Positions 1 to 10,077 of a stretch of DNA of 62,334 nucleotides are shown here, piece by piece. The notes below the pieces were generated by a model. That model saw nothing but the letters and a program-made list of their open reading frames with translations. It made no database searches and had not been told where the DNA came from. This stretch comes from a virus (taxonomy: Duplodnaviria; Caudoviricetes). The number at the start of each line of letters is the position of its first letter. Position 1 is the stretch's first letter. The position numbers and the translations under genes were made by a program. Location: IMG/VR virus record IMGVR_UViG_3300000101_000013, positions 1 through 62,334 of that record; one strand, 5' to 3'.

Positions 1-28
1 AATAGAAAAATGGGGAAGATAATAAGTT

Positions 29-1507
29 ATGCAACATTTTTATGACGGACAAATAAGACGCTACATAACACAAATGGTACGCCTCATGAGTAACTTTAGT
101 TACAAAGACGGCAAAGGTAACCTAACACAAATACCTGTTATGTACGGCGATCTTACACGACAAGTTGCAAACATAATACGAGAAAATTCGGAAAATAAAA
201 TTCCCAGTGCGCCACGCATGGCTGTATATATTACCGGACTAGCTATGGATACAGCAAGACTTTCTGATTCAAGTTATATTAATAAAGTTAACATACGTGA
301 ACAAGCATATGATACTGATGGCAATGAATACTTAAACAAAGAAGGCAAGAATTACACAGTTGAAAGATTAATGCCTACACCATATACCCTTACAGTTAAT
401 GTGGATATTTGGAGTACAAATACAGATCAAAAATTACAAATACTAGAGCAAATATTAATGTTGTTTAATCCTAGTTTAGAAATACAAACCACAGACAACT
501 ACATTGATTGGACAAGTTTAAGTGTAGTTAATTTAGAAACATTAACCTTTAGTAGTAGAAGCGTTCCAGTTGGTGTTGATAGCGAAATTGATGTTGCAAC
601 TATGACATTTAACACACCAATATATATTTCACCTCCAGTCAAAGTAAAACGCCTTGGTGTTATTACACAAGTTGTTCAAAGTATCTTTAACGAAACCAAA
701 GGTACTATTGATTTAGATCTTGCAAGACCTACTTCTCAAGCATATGACGATGCACCAGTTCCACAAAGTGACATAACAACTAGAATTGCTGTTACTGGCA
801 CAGGTGAAATTGAAGAACAAATTTTAAGCGAGGGCATGTTAAAAACAGATGTTGATTCGCTAGTTACAACAGGACACGACAATTATGGAATATTAGTACT
901 TGGCACAACTGCTAAACTTATTAACAAAGGTGTTGTAGGTGCTGAAACTTGGACTGGATATACCAAAGGTATGCCGTTTGACTTCCAAAGTGGTGTAACA
1001 GAATTAAGACTAAGACGTACTGATATTGCAAACGAATTAGTAGGTACTGCAGTTATTAATCCGTTAGACGAATATGAATTAACAATTTCTTGGGACGCTG
1101 ATAGTTTCCCTGCTGATACTGTAATGCATGGGCCAAATGGTGATAGGAATAAAATTGATTATATTATAAATCCGTATAAAACAAATCCAACAGATTTAAA
1201 GTCTAGTAATCCTAGAATATTAATACTTGATAAAATTAATGATAGTGCTAACGCACAAGACGTTGCATATGATGGACCAGATGCTTGGAAAAACAACGAT
1301 GGTAGTGAATTTGTTGCAGACGCTGGAGATATCATTGAATGGGACGGATCTAGTTGGCATATTGTATTTGATGCTAGTACTGATGATAGTACGGTTGTTT
1401 ATACAACCAACCTTAACACAGGTAAGCAATATAAGTACGAAAACAACGATTGGATTTTAGCCTATGACGGTGAATACCAAAACGGTACATGGAGACTAGC
1501 GTACTAA
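29..1507 (+). CDS. T4 gp15-like tail completion / sheath stabilizer protein with a long C-terminal extension
   Basis: N-terminal FYDGQIRRYITQ...IPVMYGD...PRMAV...MPTPYTL...DQKLQILEQILMLFNP pattern is typical of T4-like gp15. About 280 extra C-terminal residues. Confidence 0.75.
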   Translation: MQHFYDGQIRRYITQMVRLMSNFSYKDGKGNLTQIPVMYGDLTRQVANIIRENSENKIPSAPRMAVYITGLAMDTARLSDSSYINKVNIREQAYDTDGNEYLNKEGKNYTVERLMPTPYTLTVNVDIWSTNTDQKLQILEQILMLFNPSLEIQTTDNYIDWTSLSVVNLETLTFSSRSVPVGVDSEIDVATMTFNTPIYISPPVKVKRLGVITQVVQSIFNETKGTIDLDLARPTSQAYDDAPVPQSDITTRIAVTGTGEIEEQILSEGMLKTDVDSLVTTGHDNYGILVLGTTAKLINKGVVGAETWTGYTKGMPFDFQSGVTELRLRRTDIANELVGTAVINPLDEYELTISWDADSFPADTVMHGPNGDRNKIDYIINPYKTNPTDLKSSNPRILILDKINDSANAQDVAYDGPDAWKNNDGSEFVADAGDIIEWDGSSWHIVFDASTDDSTVVYTTNLNTGKQYKYENNDWILAYDGEYQNGTWRLAY

Positions 1508-1520
1508 GATAATTACTAGT

Positions 1521-1955
1521 ATGAACAGTAAAATTATCATATGTAGTGGTGCATTAGTATATGCACGATCAACAAAACGATTCTTATTATTACACAGAAC
1601 ACAAGGCAGAGCCAAAGACGTATGGGGTCTAGTTGGCGGTACTACTGAAGAAAAAGAAACTCCTTGGGAAGGACTGCGTAGAGAAATATTTGAAGAAATT
1701 GGCGAAATTGAAATAAAGAAAACTATACCACTTGAAACATTTATTAGTAACGATGATAAGTTTCATTTTCATACATTCCTATGTGTTGTAGATAAAGAAT
1801 TTCTTCCTAATCTAAATAACGAACATAATGGATATGCCTGGACTACATTTAAAAGCTGGCCAAAGCCCTTACACAATGGCTTAAAAAATACCTTAACTAA
1901 TAAGGTAAATCAAACTAAACTAGAAACAATATTTAAAGTAATGGATTTATTATGA
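1521..1955 (+). CDS. Nudix hydrolase
   Basis: Nudix box GGTTEEKETPWEGLRREIFEEIG. Confidence 0.9.
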   Translation: MNSKIIICSGALVYARSTKRFLLLHRTQGRAKDVWGLVGGTTEEKETPWEGLRREIFEEIGEIEIKKTIPLETFISNDDKFHFHTFLCVVDKEFLPNLNNEHNGYAWTTFKSWPKPLHNGLKNTLTNKVNQTKLETIFKVMDLL

Positions 1956-2311
1956 ACGAAAATGTAGATAAAAGTAGTTTTGGATACGAAGCAACTTGGG
2001 CTAAAACTGATAATTATATATCAAAGATTTTAGTATTTGAAAATGTAGGAAGTGGCTTGCCAATGCACTTTCATAAAACTACTGAAAAGTCTTGGTTTGT
2101 AAACAGTGGCAATTTTAAAATTGCTTGGATCGACACAGCTGATGGTATGCTCTACGAAAAAGAAATTAAAGAAGGCAGTGTTTTCCATGTTCCACCTTGT
2201 ATGCCGATTGGTTTAGAAAGTGTAATGGACGGTGGCAGTATTACGCAAACAAGTAACAAAGATCCTAGTTTAGATTTCTTTCAGTTAAGACCTACTCCAA
2301 AGGAAGAATAA
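1952..2311 (+). CDS. Cupin-fold protein (sugar isomerase-like)
   Basis: MHFHKTTEKSWFVNSG...VFHVPP cupin motif; paralog of 13899..14261. Confidence 0.7.
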   Translation: MNENVDKSSFGYEATWAKTDNYISKILVFENVGSGLPMHFHKTTEKSWFVNSGNFKIAWIDTADGMLYEKEIKEGSVFHVPPCMPIGLESVMDGGSITQTSNKDPSLDFFQLRPTPKEE

Positions 2312-2568
2312 TGCTATCATTAAATAATAGTAAAAAATTCCAAAACGAATTTTCAGAATTTGAACAACAAATTTCTAAAATTACATTTGATAAAACTAAA
2401 AGACAAGCACAAAAAATGTTGCAGGAATTAAAAAGCCACGTTGTTTTAATTAATAATGGACATGCTAGTGAGCATGACGGAAATATTGATCCTCATACAC
2501 TAAGAGAGAATGTTGTTGAGATACAACGACTAAGGTATAGTTTACAAGTTTTCTTAAAGAGTACTTAA
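2311..2568 (+). CDS. Hypothetical protein
   Basis: 85-aa ORF coupled to the upstream gene by a TAATG overlap; overlaps the end of the convergent gene by 15 nt. Confidence 0.6.
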   Translation: MLSLNNSKKFQNEFSEFEQQISKITFDKTKRQAQKMLQELKSHVVLINNGHASEHDGNIDPHTLRENVVEIQRLRYSLQVFLKST

Positions 2569-3357
2569 TCTTTTAATTGTTATTGGGCCAACCATTAATG
2601 AATGTGATGTACATTGGTATCTATAGTTAGGTGGGCTACTTAAACTTTCTTGTATTCTCCAATACAACACTCCTGAATCTTTTCCTTGAGCATTCGAACC
2701 AGTACTTACTGTGCCGTCTGTAGCTACATGTACAAGTCCGGTACTGTAAGCTGACCCTGTACTGTCCTGTATTTCGAATGGGTGACCACTAATTTGTGAT
2801 AAATCAAAAGCTACTGTAGTTCCGCTTATAACATATATAGTAGGATTGTCACCAGTATAATGACTGTTAAATGTATACGCTGAAGCACTATTATTATCAA
2901 CTCTAAAAGTTGTAATTGCTGATTCATAAAAGTTAGCAGGTGTAAGTCCTGTTGGCACATCAGTTAAATCAGTAAATGCAACAGTTCCTGCGGCACCTGT
3001 AGCATCTGTTCCGTTAACCCATTCTCCTGAACTATATTTTAAAACTTCATTGTCTTGTGGGTTTGAAACGTTTACATCACTTAGGTCATTAATTGCAGAG
3101 GCACCGCCTCCACCTCCACCACCGGATTGTGCAACCCAGTCATAGCCTGCGCCGTCCCAACTAAGTACTTCACTTGATGAAGCTGTACTTGTTTGTAAGT
3201 GGGTGTCAACGTCTGTATTAGAATAAGAGCCTCCGCCACCACCACCGCCACCTGACGTTGATTGAATTGACCAAGCTGTTCCATCCCAAGTCCATGTTAT
3301 ATTACCAACTATGTGGGTTTCGCCTATTGTTGGAGCATTTGGATAATTTATTGCCAT
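2554..3357 (-). CDS. Virion structural protein with a C-terminal cupredoxin-like domain
   Basis: N-terminal NYPNAPTIG...WTWDGTAW, Gly runs, LSDV repeats; C-terminal GHPF...YQCTSHSLM. Upstream TAAATA late-type motif and AGAGG RBS. Confidence 0.65.
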   Translation of the reverse strand: MAINYPNAPTIGETHIVGNITWTWDGTAWSIQSTSGGGGGGGGSYSNTDVDTHLQTSTASSSEVLSWDGAGYDWVAQSGGGGGGGASAINDLSDVNVSNPQDNEVLKYSSGEWVNGTDATGAAGTVAFTDLTDVPTGLTPANFYESAITTFRVDNNSASAYTFNSHYTGDNPTIYVISGTTVAFDLSQISGHPFEIQDSTGSAYSTGLVHVATDGTVSTGSNAQGKDSGVLYWRIQESLSSPPNYRYQCTSHSLMVGPITIKRLSTL

Positions 3358-3381
3358 TGTAAACCTCTCTTATTGTATTTA

Positions 3382-6300
3382 TTAATATACATCTATTACT
3401 GCTGTGCCGCCGCCAGTTGGTGTTCTAACTAGATACAAGTGTTCTGATGTTATAACAACGTTTCCGTATTCATCCCAATTAAAGCCACTAGGTGGTACTA
3501 GTGTTTTTTGCACTGTCCCAGATTCGTTATAAACTCTAACACTTTGTCCTGCAATACCATATGGATCACTCCAAACCATTACAGCATAATTATCACCGTT
3601 AGCATCAAGTCCTCTAAAACTGTTGTAATTTAATCCGTCATTTGATGTGCTAGTTACTGTTGGATTGGTTATTGTTGCTCCGGACCCTCCAGTAAATAAA
3701 ATATTTCTTAATCTTCCAGCATCTGTATATCCGCTATAATCATCACCTGATGAAGTAAACCAAACTCTGTTTGCTGTTAATGCAATCCCGGCTCCAAGAT
3801 ACCAATTATCTGCTCTATTATTTGTATATCCCCCGGAATACGTTGATGCTGATCTAGATACTCTTACAGCACCAGTTGAAGGAGTAATTACAGAAAATCT
3901 ACCTTCTTGGGCTGTAGTTGTTCCCCCATACTGTCCGTCAAAGTTTGGATCAGTATACCCAATATAGGTTCCGTTAGTACCAACAGCCCATCCTGTCCAA
4001 TCGTCAATTGTTGCAGCTGTACTATTGCTGTAGATGTCAGCTAGATCAATATACTTACATAATCCAGTGGTGCTATAATTATAGTCACCAATTACTATAT
4101 ATTGACCGAAGGCTTTAAAAGATTTTCTGCCTTGTCCAAGACTCTGTGGTGCTCCGGCGTATGATGTGTATTCAGTAAACTCCACAGTTCTACTTAATGT
4201 AATATTTGCAAAACCGTCTGATGTTTCATATATGTATAATCTTGGTTTAGCTACGTTACTTGCATCTCTATAATCTGGTGCAAGTATACATGCATACTTG
4301 TATCCATTATATTCTGTAATATCTACAGCGTAACCAAATTTAGATAATGCTCCGTATGTTTCGCTAGTTGTAGGACTATTAAAAATTCTTACTAATGCTC
4401 CTGTAGCTCTATTAAAAATAGCAACTTGTCCTGAATTTGGATTTACTGGAGTACCACTTACAGCACTTGTTCCATTTCCACTACTGCCTGTAATTATAAA
4501 ATCATTATCACCTCCTATAACTCCACCAAAGAGGTAACCCAAGCCATACCATCCCTGTGCATTACTTGGCATTGAGATAGTTCTTACTAATCCAGTACCT
4601 GGTATTCTTGGTGTAGTACTACTATCAACTATTGTTGCTGTAGTGCTTAACCCGCCAGTAGCATTTCCATTACTGTCTGTTGCTCCTAGTGTAACTGTTA
4701 ATGTTTCTGCACCTTCAGTTGTTAGGTCTGATGTAATAATTGTTTTGCTTGCTGAATAAGGTGAACCTTCGTATGTATATCCATCTAATAATGTTAATAC
4801 ACCGCTTGTTTGGTTAAAATCTCCGGAGCCGCTTGCACTTATAGTATAACTAACTGTAGTACTAATACTATTATTTCCTGTTTTGTTAACTGTAATAGTA
4901 ATAGTTTCGCCTTCGTTATATGTTGACTTATCAAGTGCAATACTATTATATATTGTTGCTACGTAATCATCAGATATCGAAACTGTAGGACTTTGTAAAC
5001 TGTCTGTATCATTTCCTATACTGTCTGTGGCCGCTAGTGTAATCTTAAACGATTCTGTTCCTTCAGTTGCAAAGTCTCCGTCTGCTCTCATAGTAACAGT
5101 TGCAGAGCCATCTGCTCCAATAGTAAATAAAGCATCTCTACTTAAAAAGTCAGAATCATTTACTGTACCTGATACATTTGTAATAGTATAACCTACAGTA
5201 GTACCTTCTGGAACATCAGTTGTACTAAGAGTGAAAATTACTTTAGCTTCGTCAACTTCAGATGCGCTTTCTTCAATGTTGGTGTCACTAGCAATTAATG
5301 TGTCATATGTGCCAGTAACTGCAGCTTCATTTACAGTTCTTGTTGCCGGATATTGTCTACTTGTTCCTGGATATAAAACTCTAACATATCCCGGAGCACC
5401 TGCTTGTCCACTACCTTGAGCTGGATTAGCAGTATAGTTAGATCCTGATCCGCCTCCACCAAAATCACCACCTAATCCATTTTGTCCTTCTTCACCACCT
5501 GAGCCACCGCCACCGTCGTTATTATATAACCCGCCGGCACCTGATATACCTTGTCCTAATTTGCCTACACCTCCACCACCAGAGATACCTGGGCTTTGTG
5601 TTGTAGAGCCTCCACCGCCTCCACCGCCACCAGCACCAGCTGCGCCAGGTGATGTTGATGTTCCGCTTTGGCCAGTTCCGCCAGTGCCACTATATCCTCC
5701 AGCGCCTCCGCCGCCGCCACCTCTACTAAAACGTTGGCCTGCTCCTCCTGCTCCTCCTGCATACCCTGATGTTCCTGTATAAGTGCTACTTGCTGATCCG
5801 CCAGTACCACCTGAAGCTGCACCACCGCCGCCATTCGCTGAACATAAAGTTACTGAACTACTGTTTACTAATTTACTTAGGCCACCTGCTCCGCCACCGG
5901 AACTATTTCTTACTCCTGCTGATCCGCCTGAACCAACCGTTGCCGTTAATACTTCTCCTGGAGTAACAGTTATATTATTTGCATATCCTAAAGTTCCACC
6001 GGCTCCGGCTCCACCGCTATATCCGCCTGACTGTTGAATTCCACTTCCGCCACCGCCACCACCAATACATAAAATACTAATTTTAGTTACACCAGCTGGT
6101 ACCGTCCATGTTCCAGAAGATGAAAAATCATGTTGACCAGTTACTGCTGTTAACGATGTATCACCTATTGTTACTGTAGGTGATTCTAAAGCTCCTGTAG
6201 CCGTTCCTGCACTGTCAGTTGCAGATAATACAACTTTATACGATTCTGCACCTTCAGTTATTTCGTCATTACTTAAAGTTACTGTGAAATCTTGGACTTG

Positions 6301-7545
6301 TGATATATTATTTAATGCACTATTCCATGTAATTGTGCGTGTGGTTGCAGCTGGTATAAAATCTGAACCTGATACTGTTCCACTTACACCTGTTATTGTT
6401 GCAGTTAGTGTTGTTCCAGTAGCAATGTTTCTTCCTGTAATTCTAAAAGTACTTGCAGCTCCTTCGTTGACTGTAGTTGCTGTTTGCAATGTAAAATTGG
6501 TATAGGCAGGTGTTGTATCAACTGAAGTATCATTAACTGTAACTTGTACTGTTCCGCCTGCTCCGTTATCTAAAACAATTTGAAAAGTTTCTGCACCTTC
6601 ACTTAGTGTACTATCTGCTGTTACAACAACAGACAAACTTGCTGTATTACTTTGGACAACAAAATTTCCTGTTAAACTAGCATCATTAATGTCAGCTGAG
6701 CTTACACCACTTATGGTATATCCTACTTCAGTACCGTTTGAAACATCAGTAGTTACTAGATTAACACTAAAAGTGTCTCCTTCATTTACAGAACTTGAAC
6801 TTGCTGTTATTGAATATGTAGGATTTAAACTAGTATCATTAATTGGAATGGTAATTGCATCTTCGCCATTATCCAAAGAAAACACGAGATTTTCAGCACC
6901 TTCAGTTGTAGCATCTGAAGAAATAATTATGTCAACGCTATCAGTTGTTCCTGTAACAAAGTTACCAGTTAAACTAGCACCGTTTATATCTGCACTATCT
7001 ACTCCAGAAATAGTATAACCAACAGTTGTTGCAGCACTAACATTTGCTGTAGTAAGTGTTATAGCTACACTACTGCCTTCGTCTACACTTGCTTTATTTG
7101 TACCAAGGACGAATGTCTCGCCTACTGGAGTTGTACTAGAGTCTAGTACTGTCCAACTAGGTGTACCTGTAATAGTAGTTGTTCCGTCAACTGGATGCTC
7201 ATAACTGTATGACCAGGCCATATTAAAAGTTTCAGGCCCCTCAGTTGTAAGATCTTCGTTTAGAATAAAACTTGCTGATGTTATTCCTGAAGTGACTATT
7301 AATGGACTAGTTGCGGTTGTACTATAATCGGCTGCTTGAACTCCAGTTATAGAAAATGTTATTTCACTGTTGTCTGGTATTCCTGTAGTAGCAAAAGTTA
7401 CTGCAATCTCTTGTCCTTCATTTAAACTTTGTCCGGATGCAGGAGCATATGTAGGAGTTACGGTAGGTGCAACAAATGCTGTATTGCTTATACCACCGGG
7501 CGATGCTGTAAGTATTTTTCTACTTGCTTGTGTAAGTAACGGCAT
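3382..7545 (-). CDS. Large tail-fibre/adhesin-like protein (Calx-beta/Ig-like repeats, Gly-rich domain, C-terminal propeller-like region)
   Basis: About six repeats of V.EG...YTI.G...D..TEG.E; WTVPAGVTKISILCIGGGGGG Gly-rich domain; FG-GAP-like FGYAVDI segments. Confidence 0.7.
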   Translation of the reverse strand: MPLLTQASRKILTASPGGISNTAFVAPTVTPTYAPASGQSLNEGQEIAVTFATTGIPDNSEITFSITGVQAADYSTTATSPLIVTSGITSASFILNEDLTTEGPETFNMAWSYSYEHPVDGTTTITGTPSWTVLDSSTTPVGETFVLGTNKASVDEGSSVAITLTTANVSAATTVGYTISGVDSADINGASLTGNFVTGTTDSVDIIISSDATTEGAENLVFSLDNGEDAITIPINDTSLNPTYSITASSSSVNEGDTFSVNLVTTDVSNGTEVGYTISGVSSADINDASLTGNFVVQSNTASLSVVVTADSTLSEGAETFQIVLDNGAGGTVQVTVNDTSVDTTPAYTNFTLQTATTVNEGAASTFRITGRNIATGTTLTATITGVSGTVSGSDFIPAATTRTITWNSALNNISQVQDFTVTLSNDEITEGAESYKVVLSATDSAGTATGALESPTVTIGDTSLTAVTGQHDFSSSGTWTVPAGVTKISILCIGGGGGGSGIQQSGGYSGGAGAGGTLGYANNITVTPGEVLTATVGSGGSAGVRNSSGGGAGGLSKLVNSSSVTLCSANGGGGAASGGTGGSASSTYTGTSGYAGGAGGAGQRFSRGGGGGGAGGYSGTGGTGQSGTSTSPGAAGAGGGGGGGGSTTQSPGISGGGGVGKLGQGISGAGGLYNNDGGGGSGGEEGQNGLGGDFGGGGSGSNYTANPAQGSGQAGAPGYVRVLYPGTSRQYPATRTVNEAAVTGTYDTLIASDTNIEESASEVDEAKVIFTLSTTDVPEGTTVGYTITNVSGTVNDSDFLSRDALFTIGADGSATVTMRADGDFATEGTESFKITLAATDSIGNDTDSLQSPTVSISDDYVATIYNSIALDKSTYNEGETITITVNKTGNNSISTTVSYTISASGSGDFNQTSGVLTLLDGYTYEGSPYSASKTIITSDLTTEGAETLTVTLGATDSNGNATGGLSTTATIVDSSTTPRIPGTGLVRTISMPSNAQGWYGLGYLFGGVIGGDNDFIITGSSGNGTSAVSGTPVNPNSGQVAIFNRATGALVRIFNSPTTSETYGALSKFGYAVDITEYNGYKYACILAPDYRDASNVAKPRLYIYETSDGFANITLSRTVEFTEYTSYAGAPQSLGQGRKSFKAFGQYIVIGDYNYSTTGLCKYIDLADIYSNSTAATIDDWTGWAVGTNGTYIGYTDPNFDGQYGGTTTAQEGRFSVITPSTGAVRVSRSASTYSGGYTNNRADNWYLGAGIALTANRVWFTSSGDDYSGYTDAGRLRNILFTGGSGATITNPTVTSTSNDGLNYNSFRGLDANGDNYAVMVWSDPYGIAGQSVRVYNESGTVQKTLVPPSGFNWDEYGNVVITSEHLYLVRTPTGGGTAVIDVY

Positions 7546-10077
7546 TTAACTTCCTATCGATATATTACTTGGTCCTGATAATGTCCAAGGATTTTCTTGA
7601 TTATATTTAGAATATAAAATTTTATTTGCTTGTCCCATCCTAGAATTTGAAACATCGTTATAATCGTTGTCAGCACCTGTATCATTTACAACACTTTTTG
7701 CATCTTCTATAATTCTATCTTTTAAATCACTTGGTGACATGCCAGGTAAGACTTGTAAGTGTAAACAACATAATCCAGCTACTTGAGGTGCCGCCATTGA
7801 AGTTCCGCTAATACTCATTTGATAAAAACTAGCATTATCAGAATACGCTACGGGTGCAAATTTACTAGTGTCATAATCATTTGATGTTGCACTCATAATA
7901 TTCGAACCCGGTGCCCATATATTACATCCTGGGCCTCTACTTGTAAAAATACTAGGCTTGTCTTGATTACTTGCACTTACACTACTATCTATACTCGCAA
8001 CCATATAAGCATTTAAACTGTAAGGTGAACTGCCTTGATGATATGTTAAATTTGTTGTCCATAATACCTCGTTAGCATAATCAGCACCTGCGCCTGAATC
8101 TATTTTATTATAATTATTTCCAGCTGCAATTACTACGTGTATTCCTGCATCTACCATATCTTCAATTTCTGCATCAACACTAGCGACTCTTATCGATATA
8201 CGACATGCTGGCGAACCGCCTGAGGTTGTTCTATTTTGGTTTACTCCGGTTGCTGTTTCTAACTCTGCTCGAGTAGTATAATCAACACCGTATGTCCAAG
8301 CAGTTCCTCTGTATGTTCCGCTTGTTGGATCTCCTGTCCTTGTAGTTCCGTATCCCCAACTCATGTTAACAACAGTAGGTCTATTAGCATCAGCTCCTGA
8401 CTTATTATTATGCCATAAACGTATTGTATCAAATGCGTTAGTAATACTAATTCCGCTATTAGGGTCTAATGCACCTTCTAGTCCACCAAGTTTTTGCGAA
8501 TATACTCTTGCGTTTTTTGCCCAGCCAAATGTCTTACCTGTAGCAATACCTGCACAGTGAGTACCGTGGCCGTCATAGTCTGTATAAAAATTTGCGTCTT
8601 GTGTTTCACCAACAATACCACTACCACTAAACCAGTCAATCTCTTGTACTCTTGATGCAGACGGTTGTGCTGAATATCCCGATACTCCGGCATCACCATC
8701 TTGAAATATACGTTTTAGTATATTAAAATCTGGTTTACTAAGTACTGGGGCAAAGTATTTGTTAAACATGGCATAACCTAGTGGATTATTTGATTGCATG
8801 CCTGCTGGTGTTTTTAAAGTATCATCCCATTCAGGACTAAGACTTTCTCCGTCCCAAAACTCACTCATATCCCACATTGACCAATTTACCAAATAAGTAT
8901 ATTCTTTATATGCTATTGTTGCTGCATCAGGATCTGTCGCCCAGTCAGTAGAGTATCCACTCGGATCGTATAGTCCTGCGTCAATAGCTTCTTTCATAGC
9001 AAGATGTAATTCTGTAGTTGTCCAAGAAAAACTTGGGTTACTATTTAATATCATCAGCAATGTTTCCATTGGAACTTGTGTTGCACTTCCTTCTACAGCC
9101 CCCGGAATACCAAAGTTGTGTATTGTATGGAACAAGTGTTCCATTATCTCTTCAATATCTCTATCGCTTGTACTTGGATCAGGACCGCTTGTATTTTTAT
9201 ACCACACCATGTCATTTACAAGATGCGAATCTAAAAATGCTTGATATCCTGTATAACTTGGAATGCCTGCATCTAATAACCAGTTGGGTGTATATGATGC
9301 TCCGCCACCATAACCAATTCGTTGTGCTGTTGGAGTTCCTGCATGTGTTGTTCCTGCATCACCTTTAAGTGTTGCAATTAAATTTTTCTGTTGTGTAATA
9401 TCAATGCTATCTCTATTAGGATCAATTAATAACTTTACAGCCTGCGCTGTTTTCTTTACCCATTCATCTGGTACTGTTGTAGCACCGCCGACCGCTCCTG
9501 CTGCTACAAGTTTTATACCCCTTACAGTTAAACTTCTGTCAAAAACTGCTCCATTAGTAGCATCATTTACTAATGCACCACTTACATATTCAGTTGTGTT
9601 AGGCATGTAAAACTCAGGATGGTCTGCTTGTATTCCGCTATCTTGTACAATAAAGTCAACACCTGTTCCGTCTAAAGGATATGTATAATCACCAGTTAGT
9701 GTAGTTGCATCGTCAAATGTCCCTACATTTGTTTCTTCAATACATCTACGCAATCCCCAATTTACATGAGTATTATTAGTGCTTGATCCCCTATACCATA
9801 TTTCAGTTTGACTAGCATTTAGTCCAATTGATATATCATCGCGTTGATCCGCTGGTATTTCAACAGCTAACACTCTTTCGTCACTTGCTAATGTTTCTGC
9901 TTCTGCATCAGTTAACATCCAATGGGTCATTCTTTTTGACCCCCATCTTGGATTTGCTACTTCAACTGCTCTATTTGGAATTGGTCCAGATCCTGTGTCT
10001 GCTGCAACTTCTGCGTCAAACTCTTCTAAATCTACACCTCTATTAACAACTACTACGTACTCTTTTTCATTAGCCAT
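7546..10077 (-). CDS. S8 subtilisin-family serine protease with a large internal insertion
   Basis: Catalytic triad motifs IVQDSG, DGHGTHCAG and SGTSMAAPQVAG; oxyanion AAGN; N-terminal prodomain-like segment. Confidence 0.9.
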   Translation of the reverse strand: MANEKEYVVVVNRGVDLEEFDAEVAADTGSGPIPNRAVEVANPRWGSKRMTHWMLTDAEAETLASDERVLAVEIPADQRDDISIGLNASQTEIWYRGSSTNNTHVNWGLRRCIEETNVGTFDDATTLTGDYTYPLDGTGVDFIVQDSGIQADHPEFYMPNTTEYVSGALVNDATNGAVFDRSLTVRGIKLVAAGAVGGATTVPDEWVKKTAQAVKLLIDPNRDSIDITQQKNLIATLKGDAGTTHAGTPTAQRIGYGGGASYTPNWLLDAGIPSYTGYQAFLDSHLVNDMVWYKNTSGPDPSTSDRDIEEIMEHLFHTIHNFGIPGAVEGSATQVPMETLLMILNSNPSFSWTTTELHLAMKEAIDAGLYDPSGYSTDWATDPDAATIAYKEYTYLVNWSMWDMSEFWDGESLSPEWDDTLKTPAGMQSNNPLGYAMFNKYFAPVLSKPDFNILKRIFQDGDAGVSGYSAQPSASRVQEIDWFSGSGIVGETQDANFYTDYDGHGTHCAGIATGKTFGWAKNARVYSQKLGGLEGALDPNSGISITNAFDTIRLWHNNKSGADANRPTVVNMSWGYGTTRTGDPTSGTYRGTAWTYGVDYTTRAELETATGVNQNRTTSGGSPACRISIRVASVDAEIEDMVDAGIHVVIAAGNNYNKIDSGAGADYANEVLWTTNLTYHQGSSPYSLNAYMVASIDSSVSASNQDKPSIFTSRGPGCNIWAPGSNIMSATSNDYDTSKFAPVAYSDNASFYQMSISGTSMAAPQVAGLCCLHLQVLPGMSPSDLKDRIIEDAKSVVNDTGADNDYNDVSNSRMGQANKILYSKYNQENPWTLSGPSNISIGS

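Noticed and set aside
8660-9600. Intein or intron in the protease
   Set aside because: No intein terminal residues or LAGLIDADG/HNH motifs; the frame is continuous.
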